This document shows positions 28,563 through 37,834 of a stretch of 64,000 bases of DNA, one piece after another (within the stretch, counting starts at the first letter, position 1; every line of letters begins with the position of its first letter). Under the pieces are notes generated by a model that made no database searches, was not told the DNA's origin, and saw nothing but the letters and a program-made list of their open reading frames with translations. The stretch comes from Bacillota bacterium (lineage in GTDB: Bacteria; Bacillota; DULZ01). A program made the position numbers and the translations under genes. The stretch spans positions 2,168 through 66,167 of the forward strand of contig JBBAFB010000001.1 of NCBI GenBank assembly GCA_041655595.1. The letters are read 5' to 3'.

Positions 28563-29993
28563 TTATTTAATTGATTTTTCGCGGATTGGTGATTTAAATT
28601 CTAATACTTTTTTATTTCCGTTTTCCTCATTTCCCGGTGCCGAACCCGATGTGGAAGCAATTTTGAGAGGCCTTGGTTTATTTTCATCCCAATCCGGAAA
28701 AAAGTCTCTAATATGCAGTATGTTTAATTTTGTACCGCCTCCCAAGTATTGAAACCCATCCTTTGCTATTACTACGCCACTGAATTCGTTAAAATGTCCT
28801 AAGGTCACTCTACCTTCCAGTGCAATCAACAAACCCTTCATGGATAAGTTTCCCCAGGACGGATCTACCCTAATGTCGCCACTTTTACTAATTATTATAA
28901 CTTCCTTAGGGGAATTATTACCCGGAAAACTCCACGTGTAATCGCCTTCAGCTAAAATTCTCACAACATTAGAAAGCGGCGGGGTATCTGAACTGCTTGC
29001 CGCATGGTAGTAGTCACTCCAGTCAAACTTGTCATTTAAAGCGAGATTAATTGTGGGCACTATAAAATCGGGGTAACGATTTTCATCATCTAATTTTTGG
29101 GCTTTACTACTTATATTACCACTAGCATTACCTAAGTAATAAACATTTTTGTTAATTGTATAGTAGTTGCCAAAATGGACATTGCCTTTAACATACACAT
29201 CTCCATTAAATTTGGGGCCCGTCACTTCGAGATCACCATTTATTATCACATCACCGTAAACCTCTCTATCTCCACCTGTAAAACTCAGATCACCATTAAC
29301 ATAAATGTATCCCGGATGGCTTTTGCTACCTAAAGAAGTAGAACCACCTCCCATGTTAACGGAACCATCAATATATATTTTTGTTACATTAATTGCAGCC
29401 CCTTGATTGAATCTACCTGAATCTAAGCCTCCGAATACAATAGTCCCATTTTCTCCGTTAATTGCATTTCCTGCAAAACTTACTGCCGGGTTTTCCATGT
29501 AAAGAAATATATCATCCATATCATCCCCATTAGTCTCGCCACCCCTGTTTATAGTGATAACAGCGCCCACTTTTCTAGTACTATTGCCAATTTTACCGGT
29601 GGATTCGATTGCGTAATCCCTAGTATCTCCACTAGAGTCACCAACTTGAGCTAGTGTAATAATTGCCAGGGGTTCTTCTTTATTATACAGTCCAAAATCT
29701 TCGCAGATAAGGGTTCCATCCTGAAAAATGTTTTCCACACGATGGAAAAACAGATCTGCATCTACATGATTACTATCCTCGGTAATTACCTTGTAAATTT
29801 CATCCACTGCATAATGGATTCCGGATTCCGCTATATAGTAGGTACTTTGGCTTTGGCTGTCCAGTTTAGTTTGTTTTAAATTTGAACTTGTGGCGTTAAT
29901 GATGGCAATACCTAAAATGGAGACCAAAGCAAGGCCCAGCAATGTTGCGACTAATGCAAAACCTGTTTGGTTTTTTAGTATTTTTTTCACCAC
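28563..29993 (-). CDS. PilX-N-domain protein with C-terminal G/N/D-rich beta-helix-like repeats (candidate pilus tip protein or adhesin)
   Basis: 476 aa. N-terminus GFALVATLLGLALVSILGIAIINATSSNLKQTK (PilX_N-like hydrophobic helix), then about 12 short repeats of the type NGDLSFTGG / GDVIINGDLEVTG / NGDVYVKGNVHFGN. Confidence 0.5.
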   Translation of the reverse strand: MVKKILKNQTGFALVATLLGLALVSILGIAIINATSSNLKQTKLDSQSQSTYYIAESGIHYAVDEIYKVITEDSNHVDADLFFHRVENIFQDGTLICEDFGLYNKEEPLAIITLAQVGDSSGDTRDYAIESTGKIGNSTRKVGAVITINRGGETNGDDMDDIFLYMENPAVSFAGNAINGENGTIVFGGLDSGRFNQGAAINVTKIYIDGSVNMGGGSTSLGSKSHPGYIYVNGDLSFTGGDREVYGDVIINGDLEVTGPKFNGDVYVKGNVHFGNYYTINKNVYYLGNASGNISSKAQKLDDENRYPDFIVPTINLALNDKFDWSDYYHAASSSDTPPLSNVVRILAEGDYTWSFPGNNSPKEVIIISKSGDIRVDPSWGNLSMKGLLIALEGRVTLGHFNEFSGVVIAKDGFQYLGGGTKLNILHIRDFFPDWDENKPRPLKIASTSGSAPGNEENGNKKVLEFKSPIREKSIK

Positions 29994-30004
29994 AACACCA
30001 CCTC

Positions 30005-30412
30005 CTAACGAATCTTTAAAACTGATGCGAGTCTATATTCTTCACCGTTTCCATCCTTAACCAAGATTTCTACTTTAATATCCCTACTTGTTACTGCTTC
30101 AACAAATAATTGATAATTGCCTTCAACAGCTATCTCATTTCCTTTTAATAATTTTCCTTCTTCCGATCTATAAACAATATCATCCAAGATAAGGGTGTTC
30201 CCTTCTGTATTAACAATATCTGCCTTTCTTATTTCCCTTGTTAAATAGTCCATCGCAGTTCTGGCATCTATAATAATATTTGTTTTTTCACTTTGAAAAC
30301 CAAAATATTTAAAGGAATTAGAAATAGGGGTAAAGATAACTGCCAGCACTACCCCTAATATTGCTAAAACAACCAGTAACTCTACTAAAGCAAAACCTCT
30401 AGCGGTCTTCAT
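30005..30412 (-). CDS. Prepilin-type minor pilin
   Basis: 135 aa. MKTARGFALVELLVVLAILGVVLAV class-III signal peptide (RG/FALVE). Confidence 0.65.
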   Translation of the reverse strand: MKTARGFALVELLVVLAILGVVLAVIFTPISNSFKYFGFQSEKTNIIIDARTAMDYLTREIRKADIVNTEGNTLILDDIVYRSEEGKLLKGNEIAVEGNYQLFVEAVTSRDIKVEILVKDGNGEEYRLASVLKIR

Positions 30413-30845
30413 TTAAAATGCCCCTTCCCTTCCAGGAATACAAGGCCTCGTATTGTACATCCAGTTTGCTCTTACTGCTGTCCTCATAAATTTTTGCTAT
30501 TACTCTGATTAGATTGTTATCCCCAACTTCTGCAAAACTGAGTTCAAGAAATTTGTGATCCCCATATTCGCGACCGAAGATATTTGGCCCTAGCTTCTCA
30601 TAACCTTCTTTTATTAATTCACCCTCTAAACCTTCAAAATTTATTTCCCTGCTTATACCATAAGCAAACTCCATGACATCCTTTCCAAGGTAGGTAGCAT
30701 CCAAGGTTTCCTCAGATTTTTGATTAGTTCTTGCCGCCAGGGTGAATAAAGGGAAAAAGGCGACTGCAATCATGACAATTATGGCTAAAGCAATCAGCAA
30801 TTCTATCAAAGTGAGTCCTAAACTATCAGCTTTAAAACATTTCAC
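30399..30845 (-). CDS. Prepilin-type minor pilin
   Basis: 148 aa. SLGLTLIELLIALAIIVMIAVAFFPL prepilin N-terminus. Confidence 0.6.
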   Translation of the reverse strand: MKCFKADSLGLTLIELLIALAIIVMIAVAFFPLFTLAARTNQKSEETLDATYLGKDVMEFAYGISREINFEGLEGELIKEGYEKLGPNIFGREYGDHKFLELSFAEVGDNNLIRVIAKIYEDSSKSKLDVQYEALYSWKGRGILNEDR

Positions 30846-30890
30846 TAAGGCCCACCCCTTAACGAAAGCTAAATTTTATTTCCAGGATAA

Positions 30891-32585
30891 TTAAACGATT
30901 ACTCTTAGCAACTCATCCAGTGAAACTAAACCTTTAGAAACCGCCAAAAGCCCTTGTTGCCTGAAGGTAACCATTCCTTCTTCTACTGCAACTTTTTTGA
31001 TCTCCCCGGCGGAACGCCTTTCTATAGCCATTTGAGCAACCCTGTCGGAGACTACTAATATTTCAAAAACCCCGAGCCTTCCTTGGTAACCGGTATAACC
31101 GCATTGAATACAGCCTTCGGATCTGTAGAGCCGGGTTTGTTTCTCCCCTTCCTCTACGGGGAAATCAGGTACAGTTTTCAGCAAGTCTCCGTGAGTTATG
31201 GTATAAGGCTCCTTACAATGGGGGCAAAGAATTCGGACTAATCTTTGGGCAATGACACAGGCTAGGGAAGAAGCGGTCAGAAATGGTTCGATGCCCATGT
31301 CATTAAGTCTGGTAATGGCCCCCGCGGAATCATTGGTGTGTAGGCTCGATAAAACCAAATGGCCTGTTAAGGAGGATTCAATTGCTATCCTTGCTGTTTC
31401 CTGGTCTCTAATTTCACCTACCATTACTATATCCGGATCATTTCTTAAAATTGAACGTAAGCCCGTCGGAAAAGTCAAGCCGGCCTGGATATTAACCTGC
31501 ATTTGATTAACTCCATCCAGCCTTCTTTCAACCGGGTCCTCAATGGTGATAATATGCTTGTCTTTTTGATTCAAAGTATTTAGAATAGCATATAGGGTAG
31601 TGCTTTTGCCGCTACCCGTGGGCCCTGTTGCCAGAATCATTCCATAGGGTAGCTTGATGACATTTTCCAACTTTGTATAATCATCACCCGAAAAACCCAG
31701 ATCCATAATGCTGAGCTGTTTAGCACCGCGATCCAAAATGCGCAAGGTCAATTTTTCTCCGTAAGCGGTGGGCAAAGAGGCCACACGTATATCTACCACA
31801 TTACCATCAACCTTTAAGGTGGCACGGCCATCTTGGGGAATTCTTCTTTCCGCAATATCCATATTAGCCATAACTTTAATTCTAGAAATCAAGGCTGGCA
31901 AAAGATGCCTGGGAGGAGTCATCACTTCATGAAGTACGCCATCTATCCGAAAACGAACCCTAAGACCTCTCTCCAAGGGCTCTATATGAATATCACTGGC
32001 CCTATCTGTGATTCCTTGCCCGATTATCATATTGGCTAGCTTTACGGCGGGTTTATCCCCCATTTCGGCAAAAGAAATTAAATCATTATCAAGTTCCTCA
32101 TCCGGAATATCTTCAATTTCCAATTGTGGCCGGATGTATTGTTCTATGAATAACATCAGTTCTGTGTCAGTTACCAAGACGGGTTTAATTTCCATACCCG
32201 ATAAAAGCCTCAGATCCTCCAAGGCAATTAAATTTCGTGGCTGGTTCATTGCTACCACTAAAGCCCCGTCCTCGAAGGCAACGGGTAGCGCTTGATAACG
32301 CTTTATTACAGCGGGGTCCAAAATACTAACAGCTTTTTTATCGACAGGAAAACTTTCTAAGGTAAGAAAAGGCACTCCCGACTGAGCAGCTATCGCCCTT
32401 GCCACCGATGCTTCCGTAGTAAAGCCCATTTCAACCAGCACTTGTCCTAAAAACAAGTCTTTTCCCTTACTTTGCTCTTGCTTAATTAAGGCAGCCTCCA
32501 GTTGGGCCATTGTAATTTCACCGGTCTCAACTAAAAAGCGTCCGGTATAATTGTGCTGTAGCTTATCCTTCAATGAGCAGTACAC
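30891..32585 (-). CDS. pilB: Type IV pilus assembly ATPase PilB/GspE (module 2)
   Basis: 564 aa. N-terminal T2SE_Nter domain, Walker A GPTGSGKSTTL, Asp box, tetracysteine CPHC...CIQC zinc motif. Confidence 0.85.
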   Translation of the reverse strand: MYCSLKDKLQHNYTGRFLVETGEITMAQLEAALIKQEQSKGKDLFLGQVLVEMGFTTEASVARAIAAQSGVPFLTLESFPVDKKAVSILDPAVIKRYQALPVAFEDGALVVAMNQPRNLIALEDLRLLSGMEIKPVLVTDTELMLFIEQYIRPQLEIEDIPDEELDNDLISFAEMGDKPAVKLANMIIGQGITDRASDIHIEPLERGLRVRFRIDGVLHEVMTPPRHLLPALISRIKVMANMDIAERRIPQDGRATLKVDGNVVDIRVASLPTAYGEKLTLRILDRGAKQLSIMDLGFSGDDYTKLENVIKLPYGMILATGPTGSGKSTTLYAILNTLNQKDKHIITIEDPVERRLDGVNQMQVNIQAGLTFPTGLRSILRNDPDIVMVGEIRDQETARIAIESSLTGHLVLSSLHTNDSAGAITRLNDMGIEPFLTASSLACVIAQRLVRILCPHCKEPYTITHGDLLKTVPDFPVEEGEKQTRLYRSEGCIQCGYTGYQGRLGVFEILVVSDRVAQMAIERRSAGEIKKVAVEEGMVTFRQQGLLAVSKGLVSLDELLRVIV

Positions 32586-32590
32586 CCCCC

Positions 32591-33130
32591 CTAATCAATA
32601 TAATAAGCAGTTGCATTTAAATCCGCTTTTATTATGCCCTCCCCCTCAGCTAATTTTTGGTTAGTGATGGAGATACTTTGTAAGGTCGTTAAATGGGGCT
32701 GGTCATAGAGATTACGAATAAATTTTAACAAACCTAAATAGTCCCCTTCAAAAACCACCCTTAGGGGCAACTGATAATAATTAGAGCCTTTCAAGGTGTC
32801 AAAAAAACGAATTTCAGATACTCGGCCCCCCGTTCCCAAAGCAGAATCTTGAACAGCGATGATTAAATCTTGTTCAGAAAGATTTTCGGGCAGAAGTTTT
32901 GTTAAAATATCAGACCGATCAATTAAATCCGGCACCCGTTCCTTCAAAAACAATAAACGAGTCACCCTTCCTTCCAAAATTGATATTTCTTGCTCCGTAA
33001 GTACGATATCGGTTCTCAATTCATCAAGGTACCGAAATTGCTGATAAAATTTAAATAATGACAGGACAACTAGGGTAACAATTACCAACAAAATGACTAT
33101 ATTTTGTCTCTTTATACTTTCAAAATCCAT
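32591..33130 (-). CDS. pilO: Type IV pilus assembly protein PilO (module 1)
   Basis: 179 aa. N-terminal TM (IVILLVIVTLVVLSLF), coiled coil, C-domain. Directly after pilN. Confidence 0.55.
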   Translation of the reverse strand: MDFESIKRQNIVILLVIVTLVVLSLFKFYQQFRYLDELRTDIVLTEQEISILEGRVTRLLFLKERVPDLIDRSDILTKLLPENLSEQDLIIAVQDSALGTGGRVSEIRFFDTLKGSNYYQLPLRVVFEGDYLGLLKFIRNLYDQPHLTTLQSISITNQKLAEGEGIIKADLNATAYYID

Positions 33131-33153
33131 CTGTTACACCCCTAAGTCAAATC

Positions 33154-33708
33154 CTAATTTCTTTTAGAAAACACTAAGTTGATTTCAAATTGGGTTTCCA
33201 TGTTTACACTGTCAGTGGAAAGATAACGACAGCGTAAATCGGAGACCCCCGGTAGTTGCTCTAAACCAGTTAAGTAGCCGGCGACCGTATTTTTATTATT
33301 TGCCCTACCCCTGATTCTAACTTCGCCGACTCGGTCCTTTTGGGAACTGTTGGCATTTAAATCGGTAAGCGTAATTTCTTGAGGTGTTAGTCGTCCAAAC
33401 TCGGCCAAAAACTCAAACCAATTCATTTCGCCTTCCTTCGCTGCTACTAAAATTCCACTCTTTTTTTCAACCTGCCCATAAATGTTTTCATAGGGTGCCA
33501 ATAATTTTATCTGTTCATTTAAGGTTTGCCGATAGGCTAGGGAGCCCTCCAATTGGTTTTGTAAAATGCTGTTGTTTAATAGAAGAAAACCATAAATCAG
33601 CAAAAAAGCAACTAAAATTACCGCGCCTGATAAAAGAAGAATCCTTTGCCACCGTTTAAAGGCTGTGCGTAATCGGTACTCCCTTGGAAGCAAACTAATT
33701 GATATCAA
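33154..33708 (-). CDS. pilN: Type IV pilus assembly protein PilN (module 1)
   Basis: 184 aa. MISISLLPREYR PilN motif, then TM. Confidence 0.65.
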   Translation of the reverse strand: MISISLLPREYRLRTAFKRWQRILLLSGAVILVAFLLIYGFLLLNNSILQNQLEGSLAYRQTLNEQIKLLAPYENIYGQVEKKSGILVAAKEGEMNWFEFLAEFGRLTPQEITLTDLNANSSQKDRVGEVRIRGRANNKNTVAGYLTGLEQLPGVSDLRCRYLSTDSVNMETQFEINLVFSKRN

Positions 33709-33714
33709 TTTTTA

Positions 33715-34662
33715 TCACTCCCATCCCCTGCAAGCCAAACATGAAGCCAAACTGTATTCGCTGGAAACAGCCTTTAAATCACCAACATAATTTAGCATTT
33801 CTGCCGGCCTAACTACATCAATCATTAAACCGATTTCCTGCTTAAATTTATCTGACAAACTTTTAGCAATTGGCTCTATACCGCTTAATAATATTTTTTC
33901 CACGTTCTTGACACCGCGACTAGATTGGTAAAAGCCTATAGTGGATCTAATATTTCTGTTCAATTCCTCAACGATCTTTTCACTGTGAATAAAATCTTTC
34001 TTTACCCCGTCCTGCCAATACAGGGGCATTGTCCGTGCCAAACGTGGGAGTAAATTATCTGCTACGAGCATATTACCAAAACCCAGGCCGATGTTTAAAA
34101 TAGCAACTGCACTTTTTTCTCCGATCTTTTTTAACAATCTCAACAAGGTTAAGTTAAGAACCTCTATTTCAAGGGGGTTTAATTTTGCTTTTTCTAAAAC
34201 CCATAAAAAGTCCAGCAGCATCTCCTTGTTACCGGCAACCAAAATTAGTTCCAACATGGTCTTTTCGCCATCCTTCCTGCTACCGATAATGCTGTAATCC
34301 AATTCTACGGATTCAAGCGGTACAGGCAGGTGTTCCTGCGCTTGAAAACGCACTAGGGAATCCACCCGGTTTAAAGGAACATGGGGAAAGCTGGCAAAGC
34401 GAATCAAAACATCTTGGTTTGAGATGCCAATCACAACATTACGGCTTCGGAAGTCTCCTTTTTGCCACAAAGCCTTTAAGCCCTGGACCACCAGGTCCCG
34501 ATTGGTTATCAGTCCCTCCCGCATCCCCCCCCGGGGAAGGGTAACCTCCGCAAATGAGGCAAGGGACAATTGTTTGTTTCTCTTATATAATTCAACTCCC
34601 CGAATAACCTCCGTGTCAAATTCCAGACCAACAACGCTTTTGCCCTTTAAAACACGCCTCAT
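33715..34662 (-). CDS. pilM: Type IV pilus assembly protein PilM (module 1)
   Basis: 315 aa actin-like ATPase fold. Precedes pilN by 7 nt. Confidence 0.7.
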   Translation of the reverse strand: MRRVLKGKSVVGLEFDTEVIRGVELYKRNKQLSLASFAEVTLPRGGMREGLITNRDLVVQGLKALWQKGDFRSRNVVIGISNQDVLIRFASFPHVPLNRVDSLVRFQAQEHLPVPLESVELDYSIIGSRKDGEKTMLELILVAGNKEMLLDFLWVLEKAKLNPLEIEVLNLTLLRLLKKIGEKSAVAILNIGLGFGNMLVADNLLPRLARTMPLYWQDGVKKDFIHSEKIVEELNRNIRSTIGFYQSSRGVKNVEKILLSGIEPIAKSLSDKFKQEIGLMIDVVRPAEMLNYVGDLKAVSSEYSLASCLACRGWE

Positions 34663-34678
34663 ACTCCCACCTCTTATC

Positions 34679-35392
34679 TTAACTTCGCAAATAAACAGCT
34701 AATTGATCTAGGGCCCTTTTTAGCAACCGCGAAACTTGCCTTTGATTTGTGCCGATTTCTGAAGCAATTTTATTTTGAGTTAACTCCTGAAAAAAATTCA
34801 TATAAATGATTTTTTGTTGTAAACCCGACAATTTGCTGATTGCCTCCTTGAGAAGCAGTTGATCTTCAATAGGCAACTTAAAACTTTCGTGATATAAGTT
34901 TTTTATTTGTGAAACATCAACCTCTTCCAAGGTAATAGTACCTGCTAACATGGCCTCTACGATACCCTCTTCTTTAATATTCATAGCCTCGGCAACCTCA
35001 CTTAAATTAGGTTCCCTCTGCAAAGTTTGCCGCAAACTATCAGTGACAGCTAAAATTTGAGTTTTCAACTTATTCAGACCCGGAGGTAAATCAAAGCTGA
35101 CTTCCAACTGCAGTTCCCTTTGTATTTCTCCAATAATATAATAAGTTGCATAGGTTGCAAACAGGACACCCCTAGCTGGATCATAATTTTTTAAGGCTTT
35201 TAAAACCCCCTCATATCCTGCTTGGGTCAAATCCTGCCAGGAAGCAGTTTTAACATACCTGTTTGCATAGTGGTAGACTAAGCCGGTGGCCGCATCCACA
35301 ATCTCATTAACCAAACCCTCGTGGGGATTATAATGGTACTGCAAAACTAAGGCTTCTAATCTTTGGTTTTTTCTATCAGCCATTGCAGCCAC
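34679..35392 (-). CDS. Sigma-70 family (group 3, SigB/F/G/FliA-like) RNA polymerase sigma factor embedded in the pilus operon
   Basis: 237 aa. Region 2: YANRY...DLTQAGYEGVLKALKNYDPARGVLFATYATYYIIGEIQREL. Region 4 HTH: QNKIASEIGTNQRQVSRLLKRALDQL. Lies between pilC1 and pilM1 on the same strand with short gaps. Confidence 0.7.
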   Translation of the reverse strand: MAAMADRKNQRLEALVLQYHYNPHEGLVNEIVDAATGLVYHYANRYVKTASWQDLTQAGYEGVLKALKNYDPARGVLFATYATYYIIGEIQRELQLEVSFDLPPGLNKLKTQILAVTDSLRQTLQREPNLSEVAEAMNIKEEGIVEAMLAGTITLEEVDVSQIKNLYHESFKLPIEDQLLLKEAISKLSGLQQKIIYMNFFQELTQNKIASEIGTNQRQVSRLLKRALDQLAVYLRS

Positions 35393-35406
35393 TTTTATCC
35401 CCCTTT

Positions 35407-36618
35407 TTAGATTCCTGATTGCACTACGGCATTAAAAATAGGCAGATATAAAGAAATAACCATTAATCCAACGACTAGCCCTATGCCAACCATTAACATC
35501 GGTTCCAACATCGCCGATAAGCCCTTGGTAATGATGGTAACTTCTTCTTCAAAGAACTCAGAAACTTTATTCAACATTTCCGAAAGAGTACCAGATTGCT
35601 CTCCAACTGCAACCATTTGCACAACCATCGGCGGAAACAAATTGCTTTCTTTTAAAGGCTCGGCCAGGCCTGCCCCCTCTTCAATCTTTTCTTTGGCCGC
35701 TGCCAAGGCATTAACTATAAGCTGGTTGCCTGTGGCCTTCCCTGAAACATCCAAAGCCTGTAGGATTGGAATTCCGCCATTTAATAAGGTTGCAAGGGTC
35801 CTGGTAAATCTGGCGGTACTGGCTTTCTGTAATAAAGATCCAAAAACCGGCAACCTGAATTTTAATTTGTCCAGCCAAAGAGTGCCGGCAACGGATGCAG
35901 ATAAATATTTTATACCGCCAAACAAACCGCCTGCAATTAAAATCCAAAAATACCAGCTTCCCCTTAAGGAATTTGAAGCAGCCAAAACCATTTTAGTAGG
36001 TAAAGGCAGCTCCGTTCCCGGCGGGAACATCTTTACAAAAACAGGTACTATGAATACAAGCATGGCGATGATCATTAAAAAGGCAAATCCGCCGATCATA
36101 CTGGGATAGAAGGTAGCGGAACGAATATTATCCCGTAAAGTTTTATCCTTTTGTAATTGCTCGGAAAGATGTACTAAACTAGTATCCAATGTCCCCCCCA
36201 ACTCTCCTGCCTTGACCATTCCGGTAAATAAGCTGGGAAAAATCTTGGATTGTTCTTCCAGGGCCTCCCCAAAACTCATTCCCGCCTCCACATTAATTGC
36301 CACTGCCTCAACCACTTTTTTAAAACGAAGGTTGACCGTTTGGTCCTCCAAAGCAAAGAGACATTGGGTTAGGGGAATGCCTGCCTGTAGCATAGAAGCT
36401 AATTGGCGACTAAAAAGGCTGATTTCCCCTAAAGTGACCTTCTTTTCTTTTTTAAAAAAACTCAAACTTGCAATGGTTGTCCTTTTTTCCCTTATATCAA
36501 TAATGAAATAGCCCATATCCTTTAAGTGGGTTATTGCTCGGTTAAGATCCCCCGCCTTTAATTGGCCCACAGAAATTCGGCCTTGGTTGTCCAGTATTTC
36601 ATAAGAGAAAGTTCTCAT
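35407..36618 (-). CDS. pilC: Type IV pilus inner-membrane platform protein PilC (module 1)
   Basis: 403 aa. Two T2SSF repeats and TM helices. Confidence 0.8.
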   Translation of the reverse strand: MRTFSYEILDNQGRISVGQLKAGDLNRAITHLKDMGYFIIDIREKRTTIASLSFFKKEKKVTLGEISLFSRQLASMLQAGIPLTQCLFALEDQTVNLRFKKVVEAVAINVEAGMSFGEALEEQSKIFPSLFTGMVKAGELGGTLDTSLVHLSEQLQKDKTLRDNIRSATFYPSMIGGFAFLMIIAMLVFIVPVFVKMFPPGTELPLPTKMVLAASNSLRGSWYFWILIAGGLFGGIKYLSASVAGTLWLDKLKFRLPVFGSLLQKASTARFTRTLATLLNGGIPILQALDVSGKATGNQLIVNALAAAKEKIEEGAGLAEPLKESNLFPPMVVQMVAVGEQSGTLSEMLNKVSEFFEEEVTIITKGLSAMLEPMLMVGIGLVVGLMVISLYLPIFNAVVQSGI

Positions 36619-37826
36619 TTTGCCTCGTCCTTCTTTTTATCAAAACTTGCCACCAGCTCTTGCAACATTTTAATCCGATCCGGTGTTTCCTCTGCCCACA
36701 AAATATAGTGGGGATTGGCCGAGTCTCCAGACAAGTTTTCTGAGATATGCATACTTGTTGAAATAACAGGAGACATTTCCGTTAAAATAGTTCTTAAGGC
36801 TTTTAACCTTTCCATAGCATAACTACCGGAGGCTGAAGTTATGGTAGCTTTAATTTTTTCTCTGGCAACATCAATGGCCTTCAAGCTGATGTAAATCTGC
36901 GGTTCCAACTCTGGAGGGCAAATTACAATAATTTCCCTACTTAATTCCGGAAAATTAAAGGCGAGCAACTCTAACCCGTCGTAACCGAAGGAATCCATCC
37001 TGGTAACCGCATCTTTTGCCACTAAATGCTCAAATCTGTAAATAAAAACGGTCTTATTTCTCCCCTCCAACCGATCAAGCTCCATTGCAACTCGCTGAAG
37101 CTGACTCCAGCTTTCAATGATGGCTTCATCAAAAACCAACAACCTGTTGCCAATGGTTACGTATTTGTTTAAAGGAATACCTGTTTCTTTAATCAGCTCC
37201 ACCAAGCGACTTGGCTCAACTACATAGGTTTTTAATTCTTTAAAAGCGAAGTTAATTATTTCACCATCATCTAAATAAAAATTTTCTACGATATCCACCG
37301 CTGCAATTAATTCCTTAATTTTAATTAAATCATCCGGAGTGCCTTGAACCCAAATAGAACGCGGATTTGATTCCAGCACAAAACTTTTTACAGGGATTCC
37401 CAAGGTGTTAATCAAGGTTTGCAATTGATTTCCTCGAATATATATAAAATCAAATCTTGTTAAGGTAGCCGTTGTAAAACCGACATCCCGCAATTTTTGT
37501 TCATTACCCACCACCAATATTTTTCCATCTTTAATGTAGCTTAGGCCCTCATTTTTAAGAAGTAGATCCAGGGCCTCCATGGGACTGACATTCTCCACCG
37601 AAAAAGTTACCTTGACCGGTTTTTCAATTAAAACAATATTGGTATTAGTTTTAATAGCCAATGCGGATAAAACGTCTCTTAAATCCGCTTCTCTGACATC
37701 CAAGGAAATGATCTCTTCCCGGGCACTGACACCGACTGTGCCCGTACTAAAAGCCGGAAGCAGCAAGCCGATAAAAACCAAACAGATTATGTAAACCTTT
37801 TTACTGTTTTTCATTCTGCAACCCAC
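36615..37826 (-). CDS. Secretin N-domain-only protein (STN/N0 plus at least two Secretin_N repeats; no secretin pore domain)
   Basis: 403 aa. Signal peptide. ISLDVREADLRDVLSALAIKTNTNIVL...VKVTFSVENVSPMEALDLLLKNEGLSY matches the secretin N0/STN consensus. Later SIWVQGTPDDLIKIKELIAAVD and NRLLVFDEAIIESWSQLQRVAMELD resemble Secretin_N (N1/N2) repeats. The C-terminal ~150 aa show no secretin core. Confidence 0.55.
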   Translation of the reverse strand: MGCRMKNSKKVYIICLVFIGLLLPAFSTGTVGVSAREEIISLDVREADLRDVLSALAIKTNTNIVLIEKPVKVTFSVENVSPMEALDLLLKNEGLSYIKDGKILVVGNEQKLRDVGFTTATLTRFDFIYIRGNQLQTLINTLGIPVKSFVLESNPRSIWVQGTPDDLIKIKELIAAVDIVENFYLDDGEIINFAFKELKTYVVEPSRLVELIKETGIPLNKYVTIGNRLLVFDEAIIESWSQLQRVAMELDRLEGRNKTVFIYRFEHLVAKDAVTRMDSFGYDGLELLAFNFPELSREIIVICPPELEPQIYISLKAIDVAREKIKATITSASGSYAMERLKALRTILTEMSPVISTSMHISENLSGDSANPHYILWAEETPDRIKMLQELVASFDKKKDEAK

Positions 37827-37834
37827 CTGTTTTG

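Noticed and set aside
35483-36109. 208-aa plus-strand ORF
   Set aside because: Antisense shadow of pilC1. It is Pro/Ala/Ser-rich and low-complexity, a product of codon-position bias, and has no independent signals. The same applies to other plus-strand track ORFs inside minus-strand genes, e.g. 2322-2741, 4136-4528, 8095-8436, 10074-10376, 22456-22809, 25200-25520, 42153-42404, 48174-48647, 57481-57747 and 63165-63464.
36615-37826. Calling the 403-aa protein a true PilQ secretin
   Set aside because: Only N0/N-type domains are recognisable. The C-terminal part lacks the conserved secretin core, and the host appears to be a monoderm spore-former. It is annotated as an N-domain-only protein instead.
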